Source: Rebecca billardiae RCC1528 (Eukaryota; Protista; Haptophyta). From it: a stretch of 64,000 nt of DNA. A model generated the notes under the pieces. The model did no database searches. It saw only the letters and a list, made by a program, of their open reading frames with translations, and was not told where the DNA came from. Positions 36,230 through 48,120 of the stretch are shown piece after piece. The translations under genes were made by a program, and so were the position numbers. Every line of letters starts with the position of its first letter. Position 1 is the first letter of the stretch. The stretch spans positions 930,001 to 994,000 of the forward strand of contig OZ251238.1 of NCBI GenBank assembly GCA_965240325.2, in the 5' to 3' direction.

Positions 36230-37099
36230 CCTTGCCCCGTTGGTAACTCGCAAGTCTGACAGTCTGTCACTCTGCTGGCAGCCAAGTGCCAACGCCAGCG
36301 GGCCAGCCAACTGCCAAGCCGTTACAGGCGTTACACGGCCACCGCCTCCGCCCTCCACGCGAGTCGCGAACGGCGAAGGGGAAGCGTGTTACGACTATAC
36401 AACGTTTATAACTTCATTCTTGGCAGACATGGCAGTCTTGGCTGCAGCCTGCGGCTGCAGGGCAGAGTCTGGCCGTTACGAGCCTCGCGGTACTTACGGA
36501 AGTACCGTTGATCGGTCCACTGAATCTGATATCGGACCCGCGGGGCGGACCGCGCCGCTTACCGTAACCGGACCGCCGGAGCCGGAGGCAACGCCAACGG
36601 TCATAAATCATAATTAAATACCGATATTCCAAAGTCACCAAAGTGACTAGTGAGGCCTGCGGCAGCACGGGTCCCGGCGGGCGGGCCGGCGGGACTGCAG
36701 CGCAGGCACGGATCATGCATTATTAAGAATTATGATGTACAGGCAATCGCGGGCAATAAGGAGCTGTCACGTTAAGAAACTGGGGCTTGCTATCTGCGGA
36801 TCTAGCCTAGAAACTGAGACTATCGATTGGCTGGTTCGCCATACGCATAGTCACACTAAGAAACCGGGACTACAGTCACTACACTGCTCTACAGTCGTCG
36901 CGGCTGACGAGACTCACGAACGAGCTAGTGGTGATTGATGGTCGACGCCGAGGCGCAGTCGGCCCGTGGGACGCGGCGCGCGGCCCGACTACGAGTACAG
37001 CCTACAGGCCAAGTCCCGACTTCTCCTGATGACGGACTCCTGGCCAGTGGCACCGCAGCATCCATGCAACACCATGCCACCGATTAATTCATTGCTCCA

Positions 37100-37200
37100 A
37101 AATGGCCCAAAATTTTCTTCGGCCTCGCGCCGGCCAGGCCTGAAGACTCAGCGGGGGGCTCCGATGCCGCCCCCTGCGCCCCCCGCGCCTGCGCGGCGGG
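37100..37200 (-). repeat. Fragment related to the subterminal sequence of the hAT element at 48004-49750
   Basis: GGCCCAAAATTTTCTTCGGCCTCGCGCCGGCCAGGCC is close to the reverse complement of GGCCTCGCCGGCCCGAGGCGAAGAAAATTTTTGGGCC (~49442-49478). Confidence 0.6.
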
Positions 37201-37717
37201 CGGACCTAGCTAGCAGCTAAGAAACTGAGACTCCGTAGGCGCTCGGGCTCACCGAATGGCTACTATTAGTAATTATTTACTATACGGAAACCGCCTGTAT
37301 TTACCGCCGAGACTAGCCGTGAGCAGATTGGCTATATCTGACTTCTTTATTCTTAGTATTATTGCCCGCGATTATTGCCTGTACGCTTACGACTGGTCGA
37401 CTCACGACTGTCGACCGACGGGATCGTGCCCGCGGCGTTGCGGCCCGGCGGACTCCCGCCCGGCGGACGGCCGCCGTGCTCGGACGGGTGAGCCGTGAGG
37501 GTCCGGCGGCTCGGCACCGGGACGCGGAGTGTGACGTGTGTCCGGCGACTACCGTACGGTCAGATGTCACTGGCACAGCCCGGCGGCGCGGCCCTCTGGA
37601 ATCGCTGCCTATCAATACTGGCCCCTGACAGACTGGCCCGAGCCAACAAGCAACGCAGAGTCGCTCGGTGCTCGCGAGCAGGCTGCAGGCCCAGGGCACC
37701 CAGAGGTCCCACCCCGG

Positions 37718-38269
37718 TCAGAGCGGGGATCCTCTGTGGGCGCCGTTGCCGCTGGCTGGCTGCGGCGGCTCAGCGGCGTCAGCTGCCCGCTCGGCGGCCT
37801 CCTGCCCCAGCGCATCGATCAAGTCGGAGACGCGATGCGCCTGCAGCAGCCGATCGTCGTGCACGAAGGAGAGGCGCGGCACCCATCGCAGCTTGGCCGT
37901 GTTTGCAAGCTGCACGCTGAGCGGCCGCGCCTGCCGCTTGAGCGCGGTGGTGATGCGGTCGGCCGGCACGCGCGAGGTGGGCGAGGGTAGCCAGTACACC
38001 GTTGCGGCGCGCAGGTCACCGCTCGTCGAGACGTGCGTGATGAGCACGTCGGGCGGCACGCCCATCGTCCGCGTCGCAATCTTCTCCTGCAGCAGATCTG
38101 CGAGCACGCGTTGAATCTTGCTGCCGACGCGCAGCTGCCGGCGAGCGCGGTGCTCAGCCGTGCGGTGGGCCGCGTCGGACGACACCCCTCGAGCTGGCCC
38201 GAGCGCACACGCCCAGCCTGTGCGCGCCGGTGCCGCCCATCTGGGCGCAAGCACGAGGCGGCGCAGCAT
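37718..38269 (-). CDS. rbfA: Ribosome-binding factor A, organellar (mitochondrial-type presequence)
   Basis: RRQLRVGSKIQRVLADLL, VLITHVSTSGDLRAATVYW, LRWVPRLSFVHD; Arg-rich MLRRLVL leader. Confidence 0.85.
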   Translation of the reverse strand: MLRRLVLAPRWAAPARTGWACALGPARGVSSDAAHRTAEHRARRQLRVGSKIQRVLADLLQEKIATRTMGVPPDVLITHVSTSGDLRAATVYWLPSPTSRVPADRITTALKRQARPLSVQLANTAKLRWVPRLSFVHDDRLLQAHRVSDLIDALGQEAAERAADAAEPPQPASGNGAHRGSPL

Positions 38270-38341
38270 GGGTCGTGCCTTGGCCTTCGCTGCGCCTGCT
38301 GCCCGTGCTGGGCAGTGGCGCGAGCCGGACATCCAAGCAGC

Positions 38342-39733
38342 ATGGCGGCGCCCGCGTCCACGTCGCCCCCAGGGAGGAAGAGGCCCCTCTTCACAGACGC
38401 GCGTCTCCCCGAGGAGGTCCGCGCGCACCTCGCCAGCTACTACGGCGACGCCCACGTCGCGGCCATCGAGGCCGCGCTCGTCGTCCCGCCGTCGCAGACC
38501 ACCATCCGCGTGAACACGGCCGTCACGAGCCGTGAGCGGCTGCTGCGCGAGCTGAACGAAGCGCTCGCCGATTCGGACGATGGCGGCGGCGGCGGCGTCG
38601 CGTGCGTCGCGTCCGCGCACCCGGTCGTGCCCGACCTCGTCACGATCGAGGTGAGCGGGCCGAACAGCGTGCCCGAGCTGCCCCTCGCCGCGCTGGTTGA
38701 CGTGGGCTGCGCCGAGGCGGTCCTGCGCGGTGCCGACATCTTCGCTCCCGGACTCGTGGCGCTCTCGGCCGGCGTCGAGGCGAACGACGAGGTGTCCGTG
38801 TACGCGCAGCAGTTCGGCTCGCAGCTCACCAAGGGCATCAAGCTCAAGCCCGGCCTCCTGCGCGCGTCGGGCGCGCGGCACGTCGGGAACGGCCGCGCGC
38901 TGCTGAGCCGCGACAGTGTCTTTGGCAAGGGCAGTGGCGAGCGGCCGCCGCGCGGCCTCGCCATCCGGATGGGCGAGCGGATCTTCTCGAGCCCGCCGCT
39001 GCGGGACGTGCTCGCCGACCGCATGTTCCTGCAGAACCTGCCCTCCATGATCGCCGGCCACGCGCTCACGCCCATCCCTCCCGGCGCGCGCGTGCTCGAC
39101 ATGTGCGCGGCGCCTGGCGGCAAAACGACCCACCTGGCGGCGCTGCAGCCGGGCGCGAGCGTGGTCGCGCTGGACCGCTCGGCGAAGCGGCTGGCGCTCG
39201 TGGCGGAGCTCGCGGCGCGGCTGCGCACGAGCAACGTGCAGACGCGCTGCATGTCCGCCACCGACGCGCCCGCCACCTTTGGCCCCGAGAGCTTTGACTG
39301 CGTGCTTCTGGATCCGCCCTGCTCGGCGCTCGGTCTGCGGCCGCGGCTCAACTGGCGCGTGACGCGCGCGGAGCTGCGCAGCAACGCCGCGCTGCAGCGC
39401 AGCATGCTGCGCGCGGCGTACGACATGCTCAAGCCCGGCGGCACGCTGGTCTACTCCACATGCACGATCAACCCGGAGGAGAACGAGGAGAACGTCGCCT
39501 TTGCGCTCGCCACGTTTCCGGAGCTGCGGCTGACGGCCGCGCCGATTCAGCTCGGCGAGCCGGGCGTTCCGGTGGGCGGGCTCACGGCCGAGCAGGCGGC
39601 GCTGGTGCAGCGCTTCGACCCGTCGACGCCGAGCGGGGGCACCTCGATCGGCTTCTTCGTGGCGCGCTTCGAGCGCCGTGCCCAGCCGGCGCTGGCCGAT
39701 GGCGCGCCGCGTGCGACTGCGTCCGAGGCCTGA
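38342..39733 (+). CDS. NSUN6: NOL1/NOP2/Sun RNA m5C methyltransferase with PUA domain (NSUN6-like)
   Basis: CAEAVLRGADIFAPG (PUA), LQNLPS, VLDMCAAPGGKTTHLA, LLDPPCSALGLRP, LVYSTCTINPEENE, GFFVARF. Confidence 0.9.
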   Translation: MAAPASTSPPGRKRPLFTDARLPEEVRAHLASYYGDAHVAAIEAALVVPPSQTTIRVNTAVTSRERLLRELNEALADSDDGGGGGVACVASAHPVVPDLVTIEVSGPNSVPELPLAALVDVGCAEAVLRGADIFAPGLVALSAGVEANDEVSVYAQQFGSQLTKGIKLKPGLLRASGARHVGNGRALLSRDSVFGKGSGERPPRGLAIRMGERIFSSPPLRDVLADRMFLQNLPSMIAGHALTPIPPGARVLDMCAAPGGKTTHLAALQPGASVVALDRSAKRLALVAELAARLRTSNVQTRCMSATDAPATFGPESFDCVLLDPPCSALGLRPRLNWRVTRAELRSNAALQRSMLRAAYDMLKPGGTLVYSTCTINPEENEENVAFALATFPELRLTAAPIQLGEPGVPVGGLTAEQAALVQRFDPSTPSGGTSIGFFVARFERRAQPALADGAPRATASEA

Positions 39734-40136
39734 CTGAGCAGTGACACGTGACGCATTCAGACGCGGACCATCATCATCAGCGCAGTGTTGCCAATCAGCT
39801 GTGGCCGCAGGACGACACGGCGCATGACGGCATGCACCGTGCGCGTGGACTTCTGCACGACGTTGCGACGCGATGACGAGCAGTCTCATCAGTGCGCACG
39901 CGTTGCGTGGACGACGTTACTGGTAGTTACGTACCTTTTTGAAATTACGCCGTTACACCAGTGACATCCGTCCGCTCGACCTCGTCCTGCATGCTGACAA
40001 TGATTGACGAAGCGAAAGGATCGAAAAAGTTGGTCACGACTGTCATCGTGTTTCCACGCACTCGAGCCGTCTCGCGCGACGGAGACGACAGCGAGCGGCA
40101 ACTGGTGGTGGCGGGGGTGGCCCGGTACGGAGCACC

Positions 40137-41588
40137 ATGGACTTCAAGACCTTCGCTTCGACTGTCCCGATCATTCCCTTCAGCCGGCGGCGGCGCCAAT
40201 CCGTGACTGGGCTGAGCGTTCGCGGCATGCCGCGCTTTGGCAGCTTCGACTCGCACCGCCGACAGGAGGACGCGGCAGCGCAGCTGGAGAGCGGCGAGGG
40301 CTCGGGGCGCAAGCCGTCGATGGTGCGCTCGCAGACCTTGCACCGGGTCAGGCGAGACTGGCAGTCCGTGCCTCCGCAGGTCTTCGACCAGAACGTGCGC
40401 GCATGGCGCGCGCTCTCGCTGCTGTGGTGGCGCGCGGAGAAGAACGGCGACGTGCGGATGCGCTGGTTCATGCCCGCGCTCGAGATGGTGTGCCTCACGG
40501 CGCAGCTGGCGTACTGGATCTGGTACTCCGTGGTGAGCTGGGCCCTGCTCCCGTGCCTCGCCGGCATCGCCTTCTGCTGCGCAGTCACGCTGCTCGCGCT
40601 CACTGCGCGCCAGACGATGCTGCTCTGCCACCCGGGGCTCGGTGTACTCGTGCAGCTCTCGGCGCGCGTCGAGGTGCCGCCGCGGAGGCGGCGGCGGATG
40701 CGGCTCCGGCTGGCGGTGCTCCGCCTGCTCGGCCTCTCGCAGTTCCTCTACTTCGCCTTCTTCCTCCCGTACCTCCGCTCGTTCACGCCGCTGCGGACGG
40801 TGATTGATAACGTGCCGCCCGCGGTGTTCTGGGCAGCCGCCGGGCAGCCGCCGACGCGGTGGGAGGTGTTCCTCGCGGACACGGTGATGCTCTTCACGAA
40901 CGCGGTGCTCTTCACCCAGCTCTTCGACTACCTCTTCGCCCTCTCCGCGGGCGCCGACTTCGTCCACGCCATCGTCGACGAGTTCAAGGACGCGGTCTGC
41001 AACACGAACCCGTCCGCGCAGGAGGACTGGGAGGCGCGCGTGGGGCCGCTCGTGCATGCGCTGCAGGCGGACCTGCTCGCGCCGCTGTCCGACTGGTTCG
41101 CCACGGGCTTCAGCTCGCTCACGGGCTCGCTCGTCGCCATGTCCTTCGCCATGCTGTGCATCGCCGCGAACGCGTCGCACCCGCACCTCGACGGCTGGCA
41201 ATTCTCCATGGAAGCGAACTTGGTCCTATACCAGCTGTTCATCGTGCTGCTGATCTCGGCGGTGCCCGCGACGCTCACGACCTCGGTCGGCGGGCTGATC
41301 GAGGAGCTCAACGCGCTCAGGGTGACGCGCTCGCAGAGCTCGCGCGGCTTCGCCTCGACCGAGGTGAACGACCGCGTGAACACCCTCGTCCACTACCTCC
41401 GCAACCTGAACAACGGCCAAGGACCCGGCTTCGTCGTGCAGGTGCCGTTCCTCGACGCGGTCGTGATCTCGGCGCAGTGGCTCGTGCGCTCCGGCACGCA
41501 GCTGTACGCACTGCTCTTCGTCGCGCTGAAGTTCCTGGTCCCCGCGGCGATCACTCCCGCGGCGGCGGCGACCACGACGACAACGTGA
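40137..41588 (+). CDS. Multi-pass (~7 TM) membrane protein resembling the GRL/DUF3537 (7TM ion channel) superfamily
   Basis: About 7 hydrophobic segments, no signal peptide, C-terminal LVHYLRNLNNGQGPGFVV...AVVISAQWLVRSGTQLYALLFVALKF; intronless. Confidence 0.55.
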   Translation: MDFKTFASTVPIIPFSRRRRQSVTGLSVRGMPRFGSFDSHRRQEDAAAQLESGEGSGRKPSMVRSQTLHRVRRDWQSVPPQVFDQNVRAWRALSLLWWRAEKNGDVRMRWFMPALEMVCLTAQLAYWIWYSVVSWALLPCLAGIAFCCAVTLLALTARQTMLLCHPGLGVLVQLSARVEVPPRRRRRMRLRLAVLRLLGLSQFLYFAFFLPYLRSFTPLRTVIDNVPPAVFWAAAGQPPTRWEVFLADTVMLFTNAVLFTQLFDYLFALSAGADFVHAIVDEFKDAVCNTNPSAQEDWEARVGPLVHALQADLLAPLSDWFATGFSSLTGSLVAMSFAMLCIAANASHPHLDGWQFSMEANLVLYQLFIVLLISAVPATLTTSVGGLIEELNALRVTRSQSSRGFASTEVNDRVNTLVHYLRNLNNGQGPGFVVQVPFLDAVVISAQWLVRSGTQLYALLFVALKFLVPAAITPAAAATTTTT

Positions 41589-41760
41589 TCATCGGCGCTG
41601 GCACGGGCAGCAGCTGTCGCATTCTGAGTTTGAAATATGAATTATTATTATGATATACGACAATCTCGGAATAATGGCTTAATAATAATGCAGCATTGCC
41701 TGCTGCTGATGCTCCGTATTTTAATTTTTATTATAAATATAGTTAGCATAATAAGTTACA

Positions 41761-42008
41761 GCTGCTACAGCTTGCTTACTGAGTAACTTACTCTCTGACG
41801 CTTGCGCCCGTTGCATACCACGTCGTTAATATATGATACGTACGACCATTTTATTTAAATATATGTTATATAACCGCTATTTTCATAGCTGATTAAGCAG
41901 TCGTAAATAATAATAATAATAATAAATTGTTATAAATAATTATGACCGCCATATATTAACGACGTGGTATGCAACGGGCAGGCGTCAGAGTCAGCAAGCT
42001 GTAGCAGC
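41761..42008. repeat. AT-rich foldback/MITE-like element with interrupted ~60-75-bp inverted arms
   Basis: Perfect 30-bp core 41806-41835 / 41950-41979 plus outer GCTGCTACAGCTTGCT / AGCAAGCTGTAGCAGC; no TSD seen. Confidence 0.8.
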
Positions 42009-42473
42009 CGAGATCGAGCAGCAGAGACAAACACCAGGATCAGCGCTCCTCGCCGTCGTCCCCCCCCCCCCCTCGTAGTCGCCCATCACTCCATCGCCGA
42101 GCGGAAGCTCGACGCACCGTCTGGCGTCGACGCGCGCGCGCCACCGCGGTGGTCGCGGTGCCACGCGTCGTCAGCCGTCGTCTCGAAGTAGTCGTCGTAT
42201 GCAGCGCCCCCGCGGGCGCGTGCCCCCGGGCGCACCGCCATATATTACATATATATTATCAATTTACATGATATTGATATACTAATAATACATATATAAT
42301 CGTCTGCGCTCGTGTCTATATTGCGCGTCTGCTGCGCGCGAATGATGAAGCCTGCGGCATGCGTCGCCGGCCTCGCCCTCGGCCGTCGGCGCCGTCAGAT
42401 TTCTCGCGGCGCGGACGATTTCGGACTCGGGCTGGCAACAACGGCGGTGGGAGCGTGCCCACCGCGGACGCGG

Positions 42474-45027
42474 TCACCTGACGCCCGACGTCATGCCATC
42501 CGCAGAGCCAGAACTGAGCCCGACGCCGCCGGCGGGACGGCCGTGGTGCGGCAGTAGCCTGAAGATGATCGCGTCGACGACGCCCGACAGGGTGAAGACG
42601 CCCCCGACGATCGCGCACAGCCCGGTCAGAAACGCGCCCAGCCCGCGCGAAGACTGCGTGAACTTCGCCATTATTGGTGACAGCTCGTAATTGAAATACA
42701 CCGCCGGGAATTTGTCGGTCTCGGAAGTGGTGCGGAAGATCTCGGTGAAGGAGTACTGGTTGGTGTGCACCTTGCGCCCGTAGCGGTACTGGTAGATGGT
42801 GGGCACCACCTTCATGTTGTACTGGAAGTAGCCCGAACCTGGCCGGGCGCACCGCGGGGGCCAAGCGAGTCAGATGACGCGGGGCGCGCGCGCGGTGTGT
42901 GCGCGTGCGGAACGGGATGGGCTGTCGCGTGGCGGCGCGAGTGGCTGCCCCCGCGAGTCGGGACGGCCATGCACGCCGCCGCGCGTCGATCTTGCACTTT
43001 GACTCAGCTGATTGTTAGTCACCACCGACTCATCTCCCGCGAGGGGAAGCGTCGCTGGCCGGCTTACTGTGCGTGGAGGGATGGAGGGAGGGCGCGCGTG
43101 CCGGGCTGCGCTGCACGCCCGCCGCCGCGCGCACCGGAGGTGATGATTTTGCGCGTGCCGTCGAGCGGGTTGACCAAGCCCGGGTACGAGTCCCCGAACG
43201 AGATCTTGCCCACGATGTGCGACATGTTGATCGCCTCCTGCGGGCAGCGCACGGCGCCAGGGCCGCGGAGGGCGGGTCGCGTGAGCGCGGCAGCGCGTGA
43301 GCAGCAGCTCGCAGCGACCCGAGACGGGCGCTGCGCCGCTTGCCCGGCCGGTGGCGCAGGCGGTGGCTGTGCGGCGCTGAGAGGCCGCACGGCGACGGCT
43401 GAGCGCCGTGCCGCTAAGAGGCGCCGCGCACCACGCGAGGTGGCGCGCTGTCTGGAAGGCAGCCCGGAGGCGGCCGGGCGGGGAGGCCCGAGAGGCCGCC
43501 AGCAGGGTTGCGTGCCCTCCGCATTGCGGTGCCGGCGCGGCGCGCGCCCGCCCCGCGCCCAGAGCCGCCGCCCGCGCATGGGGAAAGCATGCAGGCACTC
43601 GGCCCCGCCGCGGGCACCTCCCCGCCGTCCGCGTCGGGTGGCGCGCGGCGCGCTGCCCAGGCTCCCGCGCTAGCCCGTCCACGCCGCGCCGCGGGCCGCC
43701 ACGCGCGCGGCGCGAGCGTACCCGTTTCTCATAGACGTTCATAAGTGTCGTGTGGTCGTTCTTATCGACGGCGAAGTGGAAGTTACCCGCGACCTGCGGA
43801 GTGCCGAGGGCGGCGGCGGTCGCGCGGACGCGCGCGCGCAGGGCGGCATGCCGGGGCGGCGCGCGCGTGCGTCAGAGCGCATACCGAGGCCAGCCCCGCG
43901 CCGTCCTGCCGCCCACCCACCCGCGCGCGCACGCCGCAGCCCACCCGGCCTCTTGCGCACGCCGCAGCGAACGCTCGCTCGCACTCGGCAAGAACGCAGC
44001 GCGGTGTTCGCTCAGGACCGGCCACGTGTGTGTGTGTGTGTGTGCCGGCCGGATCGCAACAGCGGCTCGTCATCGTGCGCGCGGCGCCGCTCCCCCGCCG
44101 CGCGCGGAGATCGCATCTCGAGATTGCATCTGGCCGCGCGCACACCTTGTTCAACATGAGCGAGCCCACTATGTGGCAGCCCTCGCCGAGGTGAGATCGC
44201 ATCTCGGCGATGGCCTGCTCGTCGTGGAACATGCCGGGGAGCAGCTGCTCGAGGAGGCGCGTGAGCAGCACGTTCTCGCCTGTGCGCACGAGGCCGCGGG
44301 CACCCAGCCAGAGCGCACGCAAGGTGAGCGCGCGCGTGCGCGCGGGACGAAAACGCACCTTCGCGCGGGGCGCGCGCGCGGCCGCGCGCACCCGCGCCCA
44401 CGACGAAGGGGGAGCCCTTGTCCCAGAGCATAAGCTCGGCGCCCGCCTTGCCGTGGTCCTGCGACGCCGTCTTCGCCAGCTCGGCGATCATCTCGTTGCC
44501 CTGCGCCGGGCGGGGGCGGACACGGGGCCAGCACGGGCGCGCAGGGGCCGCGCCGCGCGTCAGAAGCCTGGTGCGAGCGGTGCGTGTGCAGGCGGCACGC
44601 GCGGGGGCGAGCAGCACGAGAGTGGGACGCGGCGGGAGCGCGCCCACGCGCGCACCTTGGGCAGCTGCTTGTCGCGGAGCTTTGAGCCATCGCGGTCGAG
44701 TCGCGTCTTGGTGAAGTTGCGGCCGAGGTCGGCGATGAGGTTGCCCGAGATGTCCTGCGTCTCGAGGTGGACGACGGAGCATGGCAGCGCCGGGAACGTG
44801 ATGTCCACCTTCACCGTCATCATCTGCCCTCTGGACGTGTCCACGAACAGGTGCTCCTCCGTGCGCACCGTCATGTAGTCCCACACCTCAGAGATGGTGA
44901 GCACAAAGATGAGGAAGGAGCAGACGAGCGAGACGGCGCCGCCGCTCGCCGTCTTGTGCCTGAACTCCGCGATCGTCTTCGGGAAGACGTCGAACGCCCG
45001 CAGGGCGAGGCCGTCGTCCGCCGTCAT
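42474..45027 (-). CDS. ER-Golgi intermediate compartment protein (ERGIC3/Erv46 family); multi-exon
   Basis: LRAFDVFPKT...KTASGGAVS, DITFPALPC, EGCHIVGSLMLNKV, INMSHIVGKISFGDSYPGLVNPLDG, KVVPTIY, TNQYS, PAVYFNYELSPI, FLTGLCAIVGGVFT. Confidence 0.92.
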
Positions 45028-45304
45028 CGGTGCCCGCCCGGCGACGCGGCCCGGGCCCGCCGCGCCACTCGCGGCTTTCGGCGTGCGGCGCAGAGCGACA
45101 GACCCTCCCGCTCGGCCCGGACTTCGACTTGACTTTTCCCAGGCCGGCCCGCTGCGCCGCCATCGTACAATACAGTCGTCATTCTCGGCCGCCTGCCGCT
45201 TGCACGGCCACCGAGTCACCGGTCGGCAGCGGCGCGCACGGACTGCGCGCCGCTCCCTTGACGGGCGGCGCCCGGCCGGGGCGGCGGCGTGCCGCGCGGG
45301 CGTG

Positions 45305-47819
45305 ATGAATCCCAGCTTCCTACGCAAGGCGACGGCCGCCATGGGCGCGGCCGTCGACTCGGCTGTCGACCGCGTCGACCGCGTGGCCGATCGCGTGATC
45401 GCGGGGCAGCCGCCGACGCCCTCGCGCGCGCAGGCGCCGGCCACGCCGACGCATCCGCCGTCGGCGGCGCAGTCGCCCGCGCCCTCGACGTCCGGCGGCC
45501 CGAGGACCCCGCACACGGAGCCGGGCGCCGACAAGCCCTCGACCGCCGCCGCCGCCGCCGCCGCCTCGAGCGCAGACAGCGGCGTGCCAGACCTGACTCA
45601 CGTGCCCAAGTCGGACGTGGTCGCGCTGTGCGTGAAGACGGGGCGGCGGCTGAAGGCGCTGGAGATGCAGTACGCCGAGCTCAAGGCGATGCACCAGACG
45701 CTGCTCGACGAGAAGCGCCAGCGCCTCACCGCCGCCGGCACGCGGCAGGCGCGGCGCGGCGCGGGCGGCGCCGGCGCTTCGAGCGAGGAGGTGGCGGCGC
45801 TGCACGACGAGCTGGACGCGCTCAAGGCGGAGAAGGAGGCGGCGATCGAGGCGCAGGCGGCGGCGGACGAGCAGCACCTCCTCGCCGTCTCGCGCGCGCA
45901 GCAGCAGCGCGAGCTCGCCGCGCGCGCCGACGCGCACTCGCGCGTGCTTCTTATTGAGATGGGTAACGTCGAGCTGATGTTTCGTCACGCCGAGCAGGGC
46001 GCGGCGGCGCTGGCGGAGGCGCGGCGGAAGGACGAGTCGCGCTTCCTCGAGCGCGTGATGGCGCTGCAGGCCGAGCTCGCCACGCTGCGCGTCTCGGCCC
46101 GCGCGCAGCGCGCCGGCGCCGCCGCGGCGGGCGCGAGCGGCGGCGGCGCGGCGGCTGCGGGCGCGGCCGCGGCCGCGGGCTCGGCCGCGGGCGCCGAGGC
46201 CGCCGACAGCGCGGACAGCGCGGCCCTGCGCACGGAGGTGGAGAAGCTGCGCTCGCAGGCGGAAGAGCGCGAGGCCTTCTACGCGCAGAAGGTCGCCTCG
46301 CTCCAGGCCGCGCTGGACGCGGCCGAGGCGCGCTCCCTCGAGGGTGACCGGGAGAAGGACGGCGCGGCTGCCGAGCTAGCCTCTGCGCTGAAGGCGGAGC
46401 GGGCGGCGGCGGCGGCGGCGGCGCACACGTTCCACGCGCAGCTCTCGGCGGAGCACAGCGCCAAGGCGTCCGCGCAGGCCGAGGCCGAGGGCCTCCGCGC
46501 CGAGCTCGCGCAGCTCAAGGCCAACGCCGACGAGGCGCTGCACGAGGGCACGGCGCATATCGTCGCGGAGTCGGCGCGCGAGCGGCAGCGTCTGTACGCG
46601 CGCATCGAGACGCTGGGCTCGGAGCTCGAGGCGGCGAAGGACGAGGCGGAGGCGGCGCGGGGCGAGGCGGAGGCGTCGAGCCGGCGGCTCAGCGACGCCG
46701 AGTCGCGCGCCGCGCACCTCGCCGAGCAGAGCCAGGGCCTCTCGAGCGGCCGCGAGCAGTTGGAGGCGGCGCTGGCCGCAGCCGAGAGCGCGCTCGGCGC
46801 CGAGTCGGACGCGAGGCGCGCGGCGGCGGCCGAGGCGGAGCGCGCGCAGGAGGAGCTGCGCTCGCAGCTGGCGGCGGCGGCGGACCTGGCCTCCGAGCGC
46901 GCGCGCGAGGCGGCGCAGTGGCAGGCCAAGTGCAAGCAGCTCGCCGCCGATCGGCGCGCGGGCGGCGCGCTCGGCCGCGCAGGGGGCTGCGAGACGCGCG
47001 GCGCGTCAGCGGCGGCGGCGGCGGCGCACGGCGGCGGTGGCGGCCACGACGGCGCCGCGTCGGATGGCGCGGATGCCCGAGCGCGCGCCGCCTCGGCCAA
47101 CGCCCTCGCCGACAGCCTGCGCACCGAGCTCGCCGCGGAGCAGGCCGCGTCCGCCAAGGCGGCCGAGGCGGCGCGGCAGACGATTGCGCAACTGCGCTCA
47201 GAGCTGGGCGCGCTGAAGGAGGAGGTCTCGGCGAGCGGGCTCGGTGCGCGCGACGGGGTGGGGTGGGGATGGGCGCGGCAGCGCGCGCGCGCGCGCGCCG
47301 CATGGGTCGCTGTCCGCGCTCCGAGCCGACGCGCGCGCCGTGCGCACCTCGCTCACGCTCGCGCCCGCGCATGCGCTTTCGCGCCTGCGGTCCGGCCGCG
47401 TGCTGCGCGCAGGCGAGGTGCAGGTGATGCGGTACGCGCACATGCAGGCGCAGCGCGACGAGGAGCACACGAGGCTGCGCGGGCAGGTCACCAAGCTGCG
47501 CCGCATGCTGCTCGAGTCGCACGCGATGCTCAAGCGGCTGAACGAGCAGGACGGCGCGCTCAAGGCGGAGGTGGCGCGGCTCAACTCGGTGCGCGCGTGC
47601 GCGGAGACGCTGAACATCGAGTACCTGAAGAACGTGATGGTCAAGTTCCTCGAGATCGTCTTCATCGACTCGGAGGCCACCGAGATCACCGCGCTCGTGC
47701 GCGTGATCGAGACGGCGCTCCACTTCACCGCGGACGAGCGCGAGCGCGTCAACCGCGCGATGGAGCAAGGAGACTCGGGGATGCCGACATGGTGGGCCAA
47801 GTCGTTCATGCTGGGCTAG
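45305..47819 (+). CDS. GRIP-domain golgin (long coiled coil + C-terminal GRIP); one intron near the 3' end
   Basis: Extended heptad repeats; LNIEYLKNVMVKFL...ALVRVIETALHFTADERERV...WW matches GRIP. Confidence 0.85.
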
Positions 47820-48120
47820 TGGCACGCGGGCGTCGCTCGGCGGGGGCCGCCGCGGAGTGCTGGGGCCACGCTGCCGGGGCAGAGCAGTGATGCGTCCCTT
47901 GCGTCTTGCGGGCGGGCGGGCGGGCGGCAGCCATGCTGATCCTGTTCGCGTGTCTGCGAAAATGAATGACGATGTGAGCCGCGCCCTAGAACTCGCAATT
48001 AGGCAGGGCTCAAAGATCCGGTGCTCGGTACGCGTACCGGTGCACCGGCGCCGCAGGCGCCGGTGTACCGGTACACCGGTGCGCGCACCGCGGGGGGGTC
48101 CGGGGGGGTTTCCCCCCCGG

